A stretch of DNA of 64,000 bases from Candidatus Latescibacterota bacterium (GCA_963422735.1 OY730476.1:4640001-4704000); one strand, 5' to 3'; shown: positions 39,872 through 50,392, counted from the stretch's first letter. Notes: generated by a model from the sequence alone, not told the origin. Numbers and translations are program-made.

Positions 39872-40345
39872 CTAGTTCGCAGAAGGAATATCGCGCTCTG
39901 CAGCTTCAATGGTCGCGATGATTTCCTCGGCTGAATTTGCTTCGATGAGCTTCTTTTTGAACGCGTCGTTTTTGAGCAAACGCGAAATCCGCGCCAGTGC
40001 CTTGATGTGGGGGCCGGAGACATTGGCCGGAGAGACCAGTAGGAAGAATACGAAGGCTGGCTCGCCGTCGAGGGCGTCGAAATCAACTCCCCGCCGCTGG
40101 GTGCCCATGGCCGCGACCAATTCGGTTACCGCGGCCGACTTGCCGTGAGGGATGGCGATGCCGTCGCCGATGCCCGTGCTCATGATCTTTTCGCGGTCGA
40201 GTACAGCTTGCAATACTTGGTCGCGGTCGGTGATAGCGTCGCCGACTACGAGCGAATTGACCAACTCGGCGATGATATCCTCTTTGGATTCTCCTTTGAG
40301 GTCAACTATGGTGGATTCGGGCGACAGAATATCCAACAGGTTCAT
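39872..40345 (-). CDS. PTS EIIA component (fructose/nitrogen-regulatory type)
   Basis: REKIMSTGIGDGIAIPHGK phospho-His motif, DFDALDGEP. Confidence 0.92.
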   Translation of the reverse strand: MNLLDILSPESTIVDLKGESKEDIIAELVNSLVVGDAITDRDQVLQAVLDREKIMSTGIGDGIAIPHGKSAAVTELVAAMGTQRRGVDFDALDGEPAFVFFLLVSPANVSGPHIKALARISRLLKNDAFKKKLIEANSAEEIIATIEAAERDIPSAN

Positions 40346-40412
40346 GCGCGTTATCTCCGAGTGATGTGTTGAAAAATAAGCCATCTCCGCGACCTTCGTC
40401 AACCACTCACTG

Positions 40413-40910
40413 TTATTGAGTCATGGCTTTTACAAGTCGTGGCACCACGAAATAGGCCAAGCGCCCGCGACTGATTTCTTCCCAAGAGTGGATGCCCAAT
40501 TCGACGGCGGCTAGGCCCGCAGTCGGCAGGTGGATGCGTGCGCCCGTTAGCTTGCGGATCCACTCCTCTAACCCTGGGTTGTGGGCGATGATGAGCCCGG
40601 TCTGCGCGCTGTCTGGCAAGCCGGCCGCCGCTTGGGTCAAGATGCTGGGGGACGAGAGGTAGAGCGCGTTGTCCAAGTGCAAGACATTCGTCGGCAGGCC
40701 GAGGGATTCGGCTAAGCCGGTGGCCGTCTGGTGTGCCCGATGCGCTGCCGAGGCCAGCACGACTTCGGGGCGCGGGCCGTACGCTGCGAGCAGGCGGGCG
40801 ATGCGCGGCAAATCCGCGCAGCCGCGCTCGTTGAGCGGACGGTCGAAATCGTCGCGTATCCCGAGGGGATAATCCGACTTGGCGTGGCGCATGATTAGCA
40901 AGGTCTTCAT
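40413..40910 (-). CDS. sixA: Phosphohistidine phosphatase SixA
   Basis: MRHAKS, DFDRPLNERG, AHNPG, LPTAG. Confidence 0.85.
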   Translation of the reverse strand: MKTLLIMRHAKSDYPLGIRDDFDRPLNERGCADLPRIARLLAAYGPRPEVVLASAAHRAHQTATGLAESLGLPTNVLHLDNALYLSSPSILTQAAAGLPDSAQTGLIIAHNPGLEEWIRKLTGARIHLPTAGLAAVELGIHSWEEISRGRLAYFVVPRLVKAMTQ

Positions 40911-41034
40911 GGGAATTAGGAATTCGCAATTGGGAACATCTTGGTTGCGTGGGCATTTTCTAGAGGGTATTTTTATGAGCAGCAAGATAGTGCGTGCCTG
41001 CTCTCGATACAAACGCGACTCAGGATTTATATTT

Positions 41035-42105
41035 ATGGCTCCGCAACCCGTAGAGCTCAATCTAACCCTTCGCCCCCAGCGGCGCTTGGCAATCATCGAC
41101 ATCGCCGAGCTGATCCGCGAGCAAGTCGGCGACCAGTTGCGTCCCTTTCGCAAAGCCGCGTACTGTTCGTTTCACACCACGGCCGGCTATATAGAGCAGG
41201 GCACGTGTAGGCGCTTGGGCCACAGCCGCAAGCAGATCGATCCATTCATCCGCGCCATCAAAAAGATATTCCCCTACAATGCTGGCTATTTTCACGACCG
41301 CATGCAGCTACGCGACGAGCTCAGCGAGGGCGAGAAGGAGAAGGAGCCGGTCAACGCCGACTCGCACCTGACCTTTATTGCCGCGGGTCTCAAAAACTGC
41401 GTGACCTATATCCACCGGCCCGAGGATCCGGTGTATTTCATTGAACTAGACGGCATCTACAAGCACTATGTGCGCAGCCGACGCACCGCGGTTATGGCCT
41501 ACAACCGCGCCGAAATCGTGCATCGCGGTCGGGTGGAGATTCCGGTGGCTGGCAGCCATGCAATCGACGCCTTCAACCTCAAGGATCCGCACTATGGTCT
41601 CTTTGAAACGCTCGCCGATTGGCTGCGGCAATGCGGAATAGACAAAGGCTGCATCGACATCCGCCTCGCCCCGGAGGAAAAGCACGTCGGCATGACCGTC
41701 AATGAGTACGAGACCCTGTTGATGCGCAACGACTTGCCCCAAGCCCTCAGCGATCCGCTGCGCTACGCGTTCCAGCGCGGCAAACAGCTCCTGCGGCACC
41801 CCGCCTCCATCCCCGGCAAGATGCATGCCTACGCGGCCTACGATTCTCTCCGCTTCTACAACGAATTGCTCGACCAAGTTCCGGTGGGGCGATCGGTCAT
41901 CGACCGCATTTTTTCGGTGCTGTCAACGCCGGCCCAGCGCATCTTACGCCTGAAGCGCCACATCCGGCTGCTGGTCTCAGACAGCGCAGGAGCCGGGGTG
42001 GATCGCATCCTACAGGGGACCTACCAAAGCCCGATTCTGGTGCAGCACCAACCGGCTGCGGGCGGTGTGCGCGCGCTCGACATCACCCTGCGCTGCTTCG
42101 TCTGA
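41035..42105 (+). CDS. Hypothetical protein with tandem YjbQ (UPF0047)-like domains
   Basis: HTTAG, NADSHL, FIELDG..R in the first half; TVNE and GTYQ in the second half. Confidence 0.55.
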   Translation: MAPQPVELNLTLRPQRRLAIIDIAELIREQVGDQLRPFRKAAYCSFHTTAGYIEQGTCRRLGHSRKQIDPFIRAIKKIFPYNAGYFHDRMQLRDELSEGEKEKEPVNADSHLTFIAAGLKNCVTYIHRPEDPVYFIELDGIYKHYVRSRRTAVMAYNRAEIVHRGRVEIPVAGSHAIDAFNLKDPHYGLFETLADWLRQCGIDKGCIDIRLAPEEKHVGMTVNEYETLLMRNDLPQALSDPLRYAFQRGKQLLRHPASIPGKMHAYAAYDSLRFYNELLDQVPVGRSVIDRIFSVLSTPAQRILRLKRHIRLLVSDSAGAGVDRILQGTYQSPILVQHQPAAGGVRALDITLRCFV

Positions 42106-42107
42106 GC

Positions 42108-43448
42108 ATGCAGGTCGATCCTTCCATCTTCAAAGCCTACGATATCCGCGGTATCTATCCCGACCCTCTGAGCGAAGGCGCGGCCTACGCCATAGGCCGC
42201 GCCTTTGTGGCACTGCTCAAGTGCGAGGAGGTTGTCGTGGGGCGCGACATGCGCCTTTCGAGCCCGGCCATAAAAGAGCATCTCTTGCGCGGCCTCGTCG
42301 ATCAAGGCGCGGACGTCATCGACATCGGCATGGTCGGCACCGATCAGTACTACTATGCCTGCGCCACCTTGGACCGCCCAGGCGTGATGGTGACGGCTTC
42401 GCACAATCCGCCCGAATACTGCGGCTTCAAGATGGTGCGCCAAATGCCCTATTTGCTCAGCGGCGAATCCGGAATCCAAGACCTGCGCCGTCTCGTGGCG
42501 GAAGAAAGTTGGGGCTCGGTTCGGAGGCGGGGTGCGGTTCGGGCCGAGGACGTGGCGGAGGGCTTTATCGACAAGGTGTTGAGCCTCGTAGATCCGGCCC
42601 GCATCAAGCCGCTCAAGGTGGTGGCCGACACGGGCAACGGCATGGTCGGGCCGATCCTGCAAAACGTGTACGAGCGGCTGCCCATCGAGTTTATCGGTCT
42701 GTACCTAGAGCCGGATGGCCACCTGCCCAACCACGGCCTCGACCCCATGCAGCCGGAAAATCGCGCCGACTTGGAGCGCCGCGTCCTAGCCGAAGGCGCG
42801 GACGTCGGCTTTGCCTTTGACGGCGACGGCGACCGCTTCTTCATCATCGATGACCGAGGCCGCTTTGTGCCCGGCGACTTTGCGACCGCGCTGATGGCCT
42901 GCTACATGCTAGAGCAGTATCCCGGCGCCAAGATCGCGTACGACGTGCGCTGCTCGTGGGCCGTGCCCGACCTCGTAAAAGCGGCCGGTGGCACCCCGCT
43001 GATCGAGCGCGTCGGCCATTCGTTCCTCAAGCCGCGGATGTTTGAGGAAGGAGCCGTTTTCGCCGGCGAGCTGAGTGGTCATTACTACTTCCGCGACTTT
43101 TTTGGCGCGGATTCCGGCATCGTGCCGTCGCTGGTGATGCTAAAGTTGCTATCGCAGCGCGGGGTTAAGCTCTCCGAGCTGCTCGCTCCGCTAGAGCACC
43201 AGTACTTCCCGTCCTCTGAGATCAACTCCGAGGTCGCGGATCCCGCCGCCAAAATCGCGGCTCTGGCCAACCGCTATAAAGACGGCCACATCCTGCGTCT
43301 CGACGGGATTTCGGTCAGGTACGACGACTGGCACTTCAACGTGCGACCCTCCAATACCGAGCCGCTGTTGCGACTCAACTTAGAGGCCCTCTCCGCAGAG
43401 CGCATGGCCGAGAAGCGGGACGAGGTACTGGCCTTTATTCGCTCGTGA
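42108..43448 (+). CDS. Phosphomannomutase/phosphoglucomutase
   Basis: FKAYDIRG, TASHNP, FDGDGDR, GELSGH, RPSNTEP. Confidence 0.95.
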   Translation: MQVDPSIFKAYDIRGIYPDPLSEGAAYAIGRAFVALLKCEEVVVGRDMRLSSPAIKEHLLRGLVDQGADVIDIGMVGTDQYYYACATLDRPGVMVTASHNPPEYCGFKMVRQMPYLLSGESGIQDLRRLVAEESWGSVRRRGAVRAEDVAEGFIDKVLSLVDPARIKPLKVVADTGNGMVGPILQNVYERLPIEFIGLYLEPDGHLPNHGLDPMQPENRADLERRVLAEGADVGFAFDGDGDRFFIIDDRGRFVPGDFATALMACYMLEQYPGAKIAYDVRCSWAVPDLVKAAGGTPLIERVGHSFLKPRMFEEGAVFAGELSGHYYFRDFFGADSGIVPSLVMLKLLSQRGVKLSELLAPLEHQYFPSSEINSEVADPAAKIAALANRYKDGHILRLDGISVRYDDWHFNVRPSNTEPLLRLNLEALSAERMAEKRDEVLAFIRS

Positions 43449-43454
43449 TGTGAC

Positions 43455-44906
43455 ATGACTCAACTGGTCCAACAGCGTGCGTATTTGACCAAAATAGGCT
43501 ACAAAGGGTTTGCTGTTTTTCTACTAGTCCAAGTAGCGGTTTTGGTCTGTTTTCTCTTTTTGCCGCGCGAACAGGCATTATGGAGCTTGGGGGGAGCGGC
43601 ACTTGTCATCGCGTTAGTTCTCGCGTTGTTATTTCTGACTATATATCCTTGGCTCGTGCTCCCGGTAATCATTGTCACCACAGCCTTGGATTCGGCCGGG
43701 CGCGTCATCCAAACAACCGCCTTCGGGGTGTCGGTTACCGGCTTTCATCTATCGTTTGTCCTGCTCTGCGTCGCGTTAGCCAGCCACATTTTCCTGCAAA
43801 AGCGTCGTATTTTCCCACCGCTCGAAATACAAGCACCCCTAGTGCTGTTTCTCGGTTGTATGGCGGTCTCCCTCACTTATTCGCCCAACCAACCAGAAGC
43901 CACGATCAGTTTCTTCCGCATCGTCTTTCTAGCCTTGTTTCTCTATCTGACCCAAATTCTCATCGACTCGCGTCGCGTTCTCAACCTGACGATCGCGTCG
44001 CTGGGAATAGTCTTGACGGGCGCGTCCATCCTAGCCGTGTTCCAGATCATCTCGGAACGATTCTACCTGCCGGCGAGCGTGGTTTCTAGCGTGGGAGCCA
44101 ATATGCCGCGCGCTTCTGGGACCTATCACAACCCCAACATCTTCGGCACCTTTCTCGCCGTGAGTATCCTCTTCATGGCCGGGATTTTCCTAGTGCCCAA
44201 GCTGCGCTGGTGGAAGCGGTGCCTGTTGCTGCTGGCTATTGGGCTGGGGGCCACGGCGTTGGTCATCACCTTCAGCCGAGGCAGTTGGGTCGCGCTGTTC
44301 GTGGGCGTGGTCGCGCTGCTGTTTTTGGCTGGTAAGCTGCGCTATCTCTTTTACGTCGCGATAGCGTTTTGCGTCGCCATCTTGATAGTGAAAAACTACG
44401 TTCCTTTTGCCGCGTACATTGTCGAGCGGTTCTATTCTATCTTCTCGCTATTTGCGGAGTTTGGGGCCGACAGCCGGGTTTCGAGTACCGCGCGGGTTTA
44501 CTTTGTTATCGCCGGGTTAAAAATGTTCTTGGCGCATCCTTTGCTCGGGGTCGGATGGCGTGGTTTTCCGGTCGTCTTCCAAGACTACAAGCCAGAAGGG
44601 TTCCCCCACTGGCTGCCGACGCGAGAGTCGCATACCCTGTTTGCGACAATCCTCGCGGAACTCGGGATCGTGGGGATGATAGCCGCTATCTGGGTCGTCT
44701 GGCGCATCTTGGCTTTTGCCTTCTACCATATAAAGCGCATGCAGGACGAGTACTTGCGCAGTGTGATGATCGCTCTCGTCGCAATTTTCGTCACCTTCCA
44801 AGTCAGCCTTACCTTCACCGGCGAGTTTCCCAACAATTTCTTGTGGATGTTCACGGGAATCATGTTTGCCGTACCAGCCCTAGAAAAACGCGAGGCACCT
44901 ACGTGA
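43455..44906 (+). CDS. O-antigen ligase/polymerase family membrane protein
   Basis: Many TM helices; RASGTYHNPN, TFSRGSW, HPLLGVG, H...AELGIVG. Confidence 0.85.
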   Translation: MTQLVQQRAYLTKIGYKGFAVFLLVQVAVLVCFLFLPREQALWSLGGAALVIALVLALLFLTIYPWLVLPVIIVTTALDSAGRVIQTTAFGVSVTGFHLSFVLLCVALASHIFLQKRRIFPPLEIQAPLVLFLGCMAVSLTYSPNQPEATISFFRIVFLALFLYLTQILIDSRRVLNLTIASLGIVLTGASILAVFQIISERFYLPASVVSSVGANMPRASGTYHNPNIFGTFLAVSILFMAGIFLVPKLRWWKRCLLLLAIGLGATALVITFSRGSWVALFVGVVALLFLAGKLRYLFYVAIAFCVAILIVKNYVPFAAYIVERFYSIFSLFAEFGADSRVSSTARVYFVIAGLKMFLAHPLLGVGWRGFPVVFQDYKPEGFPHWLPTRESHTLFATILAELGIVGMIAAIWVVWRILAFAFYHIKRMQDEYLRSVMIALVAIFVTFQVSLTFTGEFPNNFLWMFTGIMFAVPALEKREAPT

Positions 44907-46060
44907 AGCTCTTAGTACTATCGCATCTTTATCCCAACCCCATTTCTAAAATGTACGGCAGTTTCGTCCACAACCAGCTGCGCTTCCTCAAGGACTATTG
45001 TCAGGTAGAGGTTGTCGCCCCGGTGCCTTGGTTTCCCTTGCCGGGATTTGGTTTGTGGAGTGCCTACCGCCGCATCCCTCGCCTCGATGTGCTAGACGGA
45101 ATCCGAGTGCGGTACCCTCGCCGCCTCGCCTTGCCGCGCCGGATTCTCTTTACCCAGTTGTGGCGTTTTCACCTCAAGGCCTTGCTTAACTCTATTGAGT
45201 GTATGCCGGACATCATACACGCGCACTGCGCCTATCCCGACGGTCGAGCCGCTATTGAGTACGGCTCACAAACCGGTCGGCCCGTAGTCATCACGGTCCA
45301 CGGTTCCGACATTAAGATCCTGCCCAGGCTCAAGTCCCAATGGCGGCAACTGATCGTTGAGGCCCTAAGGCAGGCTGCGGCCGTCATTGCCGTCAGCCAA
45401 GATCTCCGCAATGAAGTCCTGCACTTGGGCGTCCGTGCCGACAAGGTCCGCTGCATTCCCAACGGCGTTGATTGCCGGCTCTTTTGCGGCGGTGGCTCGC
45501 GGCGGCCCGGAGCAGGGAGGTGGCGTCTTCTCTATGTGGGGCGGTTCGTCGAGGCAAAGGGATTGCGCGTCTTGCTGGCGGCACTGGCTAAAGTGCGCAG
45601 TCAGGGCTGCGACGTCTCGCTGACCTTGGTCGGCGGCCACCCTGCAACTGGGACAGCCCATCCTTTCCTAGCTCAAGTCAACGCCTTGAACCTGTCCGCG
45701 CATGTGTCGTTTGAGGACGCGGTACCTTGGGAGGAACTACCCTCCTATATGGCCGCCGCTGATTTGTTCGTTTTGCCCAGTTTCAGCGAGGGCCTGACCA
45801 CCTCGCTCGTCGAGGCTATGGCCTGTGGTCTGCCCGTGGTCGCCACGCGCTGCGGTGGGCCGGAGGAGGTCGTCAATGAAGAGGTCGGACGGCTAGTGGT
45901 GGTCGGCGACGCGGAGGACTTCGCGACGGGTATCCTCGCGGTTATAGACGGATACGACTGCTACGACCGCGAGGCGATCCGGCGGCAGGCCGAGGTGCGC
46001 TACGACTATCGCCGGGTGGCGGCGCGGATCCACGAGCTGTACGAGGACGTGCTGCGTTAG
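44903..46060 (+). CDS. GT4 glycosyltransferase
   Basis: TVHGSD, IPNGVD, LPSFSEG...EAMACGLPVV (EX7E). Confidence 0.9.
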   Translation: MKLLVLSHLYPNPISKMYGSFVHNQLRFLKDYCQVEVVAPVPWFPLPGFGLWSAYRRIPRLDVLDGIRVRYPRRLALPRRILFTQLWRFHLKALLNSIECMPDIIHAHCAYPDGRAAIEYGSQTGRPVVITVHGSDIKILPRLKSQWRQLIVEALRQAAAVIAVSQDLRNEVLHLGVRADKVRCIPNGVDCRLFCGGGSRRPGAGRWRLLYVGRFVEAKGLRVLLAALAKVRSQGCDVSLTLVGGHPATGTAHPFLAQVNALNLSAHVSFEDAVPWEELPSYMAAADLFVLPSFSEGLTTSLVEAMACGLPVVATRCGGPEEVVNEEVGRLVVVGDAEDFATGILAVIDGYDCYDREAIRRQAEVRYDYRRVAARIHELYEDVLR

Positions 46061-46147
46061 GTCTGCTGAGGATTTTCTAGTTGGGCGACCACCAGAGCCA
46101 GATATGCTTTGGGGCGCGGGTCAGGCCGGCAAAAGCGGGGTCGTCGC

Positions 46148-47242
46148 TTATTGTAAAATTTTTGCGTACAAGTTCAGCAGCTTCTCCGCCTGCGTTCCCC
46201 AATTGTACGTCGTCCGCGCGGCCTCGCAGCCGTTTTCCCCCATTCGCTGCGCTATTTGTGGATGTTCCCACAAATAGCGCACGGCCGCGGCCGCCGCGGC
46301 TGGGTCTTGTGGATCGACGCAGAGGCCGCACTCGGCTCCTTCGACGATCTGGCGCAAGTTGGGAAAGTCCGCGCAGAGGACCGGGATGCCGTAGGCCATG
46401 TACTCGAAAATTTTGGTCAGCTCCTTGCGGCGGGTGTGCGGGCTAGGCGGGAAAAGGGCTAAGCCCGCGGTCCAGCGCTCGCGGAGATAGTAGCGCACGA
46501 TGCGCTGGTGGGGCACGTACGAACCAATGCCTTCAAAGTGGAGGCGCGGAGCGCGCAAGTCCGCGGCGAGCTGCGGGCTGCAGCGGCCGATGAGGAAAAG
46601 CTCGGCTTCGGGCACGTCCTGCAAAAGCCGTGCGTGGTGGTTCGCACCGCGGTACGCCTTGACGTTGCCGGTGTAGATCAGGCGCGGATGCCCGGCGCTG
46701 GGGCGGGCCGCAAGTTGGGCAGGGTCCACTTCCGGCAAGCGCGTGTAGTTGAGAACCGTCGCGCCGCGCGGGAAGCGTTCGGCGTAGTAGCGCTCGGCCA
46801 AGACGAGATGAAAAAAGCGGCTCGCACCTTGTTCGGCCCAAGCGACTGCTTGCGCGAGCACTGTGCGCAAAAAGGCCGGAAGATATTCGCGCTCCTCAAT
46901 GGCAGTGCGGTTGTCTTCGTGGATGTCGTACACGACGCGCTTGCCGAGCAGACGGAGGAGGAGACCGACGGGAATGAGTTCCGGGTCGTGGAAGTGATAG
47001 AGATCTGCGCGCGTGGCTAAGGCCCGCCAAAAGGCCGCGCCCACGCCTAAGCTCATGCGAGTGAGCCGTTTGCCGCAGTGGGGTAGAAAGATGAACTCGA
47101 CGCCGTCAACCGGCCTGTTGCTTCCGCCGGGGGCCACGAGCACCACGTCGTACCCGGCTGCGGCCAAGGTTTTGCATTCGCGGTAAAAGATGCGGTTGTC
47201 AAAGGGGTTGTGGACGGTGGTGAGGTGGACGACCCTAGGCAT
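46148..47242 (-). CDS. GT4 glycosyltransferase
   Basis: H..FDNRIF, YHFHDPEL, YDIHE, KIFEYMAYGIPV. Confidence 0.9.
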   Translation of the reverse strand: MPRVVHLTTVHNPFDNRIFYRECKTLAAAGYDVVLVAPGGSNRPVDGVEFIFLPHCGKRLTRMSLGVGAAFWRALATRADLYHFHDPELIPVGLLLRLLGKRVVYDIHEDNRTAIEEREYLPAFLRTVLAQAVAWAEQGASRFFHLVLAERYYAERFPRGATVLNYTRLPEVDPAQLAARPSAGHPRLIYTGNVKAYRGANHHARLLQDVPEAELFLIGRCSPQLAADLRAPRLHFEGIGSYVPHQRIVRYYLRERWTAGLALFPPSPHTRRKELTKIFEYMAYGIPVLCADFPNLRQIVEGAECGLCVDPQDPAAAAAAVRYLWEHPQIAQRMGENGCEAARTTYNWGTQAEKLLNLYAKILQ

Positions 47243-47352
47243 GGCTAATCCCATTAAGCTCGAGCAGCGCACGGTTGCGTAAATGACTACAAATGACGAA
47301 AATATAATAAGATAAGATATGTCGTAACACTGTTTTCTACCGCTGGGCTCCC

Positions 47353-48492
47353 ATGCTCATTGCCGTTTTTTGGGCCGCTTTATTCCTCATCGTCTATACC
47401 TATCTAATCTATCCGGTTTTGCTCTGGCTCTTGGCGACCGGCCGCAAGATACCCGAGTACGCGCCGCTTAGCGAATGGCCTGCGGCGTCGCTGATCATTG
47501 CCGCGCGCAACGAAGAAGCCGTATTGAGCGCCAAGTTAGAAAACGCGCTGGCCATGGATTATCCGGCCGAGCGGCTCGACATCATCGTCGTCTCAGACGC
47601 CTCGACCGATGGCACCGACCGCATTGCCGCTGAATTCGCCGCGCGCGGGGTGCGGCTGCACCGGCAGGAGGTCCGCAGCGGCAAGACCGAGGCGCAAAAC
47701 GCGGGTGTGCGCTTGGCGCGGGGGCAGTTTCTCGCGTTCTCAGACGCCAACAGCATGTACGCGCCCAGTGCGCTCAAGCGGCTGTTGGCACCCTTTGCAG
47801 ACGAGCGGATCGGTTGCGTCTGCGGCGAGCTGCGATACGCCAACCCGGACGACCAAGGTGCTGGCAAGGGCGAAGGCTTGTACTGGCGCTACGAGCAGTT
47901 TCTCAAGCGCCGGGAGAGCATGATCAGCTCCACGCTGGGTGCCAATGGAGCGATCTACGCGCTCCGGCGCGAGCTGTTCGTCGAGCTACGCGGCGACATT
48001 ATCAGCGACTTTGTCGCGCCTTTGCACGCCTGGCAGCGCGGCTTTCGCATCGCGTACGAGCCAAAGGCCGTTGCCACCGAATACAGCAGCGTCCGCTTTG
48101 GCGACGAGTTCCGCCGCCGCCGCCGCATTGTGTCGCGCTCGCTCTACGGGCTGTGGACCGAGGCCGGTGTGCTCAACCCTTTCGCGCACTTTTTCTTTGC
48201 GTTTCAGATGTTTTCCCACAAGCTGCTCCGCTGGCTCGCGCCGGTGTGGCTTTTGGTGGTGCTCGCGGTCAATATCTCGTTGGCCGCGAGCGAGTACTAC
48301 GGCCTCTTGCTCGCGCTGCAAGTCGCTTGCTACGGCTTGGCCGCCTTGGGCCTCTTGCTGCCGGAGTGGCTCGGGCGGTATTGGCTTTTCTACGTGCCGG
48401 CCTATTTCGTCGCCGCCAATTGGGGCACCTTGCTGGGGCTGCTGAGCTTCCTAATGGGTCGCCGCCACCGCGTCTGGCAGCCCGCGAGGTAA
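47353..48492 (+). CDS. GT2 glycosyltransferase (CESA-like)
   Basis: ARNEE, SDASTDGT, FSDAN, GANGAIYA, SHKLLRW. Confidence 0.9.
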   Translation: MLIAVFWAALFLIVYTYLIYPVLLWLLATGRKIPEYAPLSEWPAASLIIAARNEEAVLSAKLENALAMDYPAERLDIIVVSDASTDGTDRIAAEFAARGVRLHRQEVRSGKTEAQNAGVRLARGQFLAFSDANSMYAPSALKRLLAPFADERIGCVCGELRYANPDDQGAGKGEGLYWRYEQFLKRRESMISSTLGANGAIYALRRELFVELRGDIISDFVAPLHAWQRGFRIAYEPKAVATEYSSVRFGDEFRRRRRIVSRSLYGLWTEAGVLNPFAHFFFAFQMFSHKLLRWLAPVWLLVVLAVNISLAASEYYGLLLALQVACYGLAALGLLLPEWLGRYWLFYVPAYFVAANWGTLLGLLSFLMGRRHRVWQPAR

Positions 48493-48499
48493 AGCGTTT

Positions 48500-49954
48500 A
48501 TGTCGCGCCTAAAACGCGTCTTCCTGCTGCTGTTGAGCGACACAGCCGCCGTCAGTTTGGCGTCGGTTTTCTTTTTGTGGATGAAGTTGGCCAGTGGTGC
48601 GCTGGAGACCGTCCGCCACAACTACGCGCGGCTCTATCCAGACGCTGTGGACGGGCCGACCTTTTGGTATGCGCTGGGCTATTATTCGGACGTGCTGCCG
48701 CTGATAAGCGGCTGCTGGCTGCTGCTGTTCCTGTTCTTTGGCTTCTACCAATCCTCGCCCTCTAGCTCGCGCTTCGACGAAATTTTCGAGGTCGTCAAGG
48801 TCATTACCTTGGGCATCTTGTTGGCCATGGTCGCCACCTTTGACCGCGACATCCGCCTCACTCGGTTGCTGGTCTTGTTCTACTGGCTGGGCATGGTAGT
48901 GCTGGTGGCGGGCGGGCGGGTGCTGGTGCGCAGCTTTGAGCGGAAGCTCCTGCTGCGCGGCATTGGCCTGCGGCGCACGGCCATCGTGGGTGTGGATGTG
49001 CGCGGCATACGGCTGTTGCGCGCGTTGCGCTCGGCACCGGCTCAGGGGTATGAGGTCGTGGGTCTTGTGCGGGCGCGTGGAGAGGAAGAGCGCGAGGCCA
49101 TTGACGGCCTGCCCGTGCTCGGCGAAGTAGGGAATCTGCGAACCATCCTCGCGGCCGAGGGCATTGAGGCCGTGCTCATCGCCTTGCAATCCAATTCGCA
49201 CGAAGAGATCATGCAGATCGTCGAGGAGGCCGAGGGGCTGCCGGTCTCCTTCGGCATCACACCCGACCTGTACGACATTGTTACTGGCCACGTGCGCACG
49301 ACGCAGATTTACGGCGTGCCGCTGATGGAGCTCAAGCCCGAGCTGATGCCGGCTTGGCAGCGGACGGTCAAACGGCTCATCGACGTGGTGGTGGCCGTTG
49401 GCGTGCTCGCGGGCTTGGCTCCTTTGTGGCTGTTAGTGGCCGCGGCCATTAAGCTGACCTCCAAGGGGCCGATTTTCTTTCGCCAAGAGCGCGTCGGCGA
49501 GGGGGGCCGGACCTTTGCAATGCTCAAATTTCGCTCGATGTATATGGATGCCGAAAAAAAAACCGGCCCGGTGTGGGCCCAGGGCGAGGACCCGCGAGTT
49601 ACCCCGGTTGGCCGAGTGCTGCGCACCCTGCACTTAGACGAGGTTCCCCAGTGTATCAACTTCCTGCGCGGCGACATGAGCTTGGTCGGCCCGCGGCCCG
49701 AGCGTCCGTTTTTTGTCGAGCAGTTCAAGAAGCAGATTCCCTTGTACATGCGGCGTTTCAACGTCAAGCCCGGCCTGTTGGGTTGGGCGCAGTCCAAACA
49801 CGAGTTCGACCTCAATTCCAAGGACGTGGTGGGCATTGCCCGCGAGCGGCTGGAGTACGATTTCTACTACATCGAGAACATGACGCTCAAGCTGGACTTC
49901 AAGATCATGCTGCAAACGGTGTGGTTTGTGCTGACGGGCAAGAGTACGCGCTGA
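48500..49954 (+). CDS. Undecaprenyl-phosphate sugar phosphotransferase (WcaJ/WbaP family)
   Basis: N-terminal TMs; KRLID, KFRSM, LDEVPQ, DMSLVGPRPE, KPGLLGWAQ. Confidence 0.92.
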   Translation: MSRLKRVFLLLLSDTAAVSLASVFFLWMKLASGALETVRHNYARLYPDAVDGPTFWYALGYYSDVLPLISGCWLLLFLFFGFYQSSPSSSRFDEIFEVVKVITLGILLAMVATFDRDIRLTRLLVLFYWLGMVVLVAGGRVLVRSFERKLLLRGIGLRRTAIVGVDVRGIRLLRALRSAPAQGYEVVGLVRARGEEEREAIDGLPVLGEVGNLRTILAAEGIEAVLIALQSNSHEEIMQIVEEAEGLPVSFGITPDLYDIVTGHVRTTQIYGVPLMELKPELMPAWQRTVKRLIDVVVAVGVLAGLAPLWLLVAAAIKLTSKGPIFFRQERVGEGGRTFAMLKFRSMYMDAEKKTGPVWAQGEDPRVTPVGRVLRTLHLDEVPQCINFLRGDMSLVGPRPERPFFVEQFKKQIPLYMRRFNVKPGLLGWAQSKHEFDLNSKDVVGIARERLEYDFYYIENMTLKLDFKIMLQTVWFVLTGKSTR

Positions 49955-50026
49955 CCTATCCCTAGTGCGATAGCGAGACGACGAGCGGTTTTTCGACCTT
50001 AGCCCGGATCGGACGCGGGCTTACCC

Positions 50027-50392
50027 CAGCCCGGCGCTGTCGGTGCAGAGCTTTGCCAATGATTGGCTGGTGCCGCATCAACAGGACTACTTGGTAGTAG
50101 AAGAAGGGGCTCTCATCGGCATCGTGTCGCTGACGAAGCTGCGCTTCCTGCGCAAAGCTCTTGGGGGAATATGCCGCTGAGCGATGTGCTGCGCCGGAAC
50201 GTACCGCAGGCTTGGCCCGATGAGCCGATCGACGATGTGCTGGGGCGGATGGCGCACCACTCCCTGACGGTCATCCCAGTCATGGAGCGAGATTCGGGCA
50301 AATTCTTGGGCTCTTTCACCAGCCACGATGTCTTGGACTGATAGTGCTAATGAACGAAATCGAGGACGAAGTGCAGCAGCTAAATGCCGCTA
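50027..50392 (+). pseudogene. CBS-domain-pair remnant
   Basis: DYLVVEEGALIGIVSLTKL, frameshift to AWPDEPIDDVL...VIPVMERDSGKFLGSFTSHDVL; no proper start. Confidence 0.55.

Noticed and set aside
44369-44902. Long N-terminal extension of the GT4 gene (similarly the ackA ORF from 53970)
   Set aside because: Out-of-frame overlap with the upstream real gene; homology begins at GTG 44903 and ATG 54351
47278-47320. Short direct repeats (AAATGAC x2, TAAGAT x2) between divergent glycosyltransferases
   Set aside because: Could be operator sites, but too short to support a call
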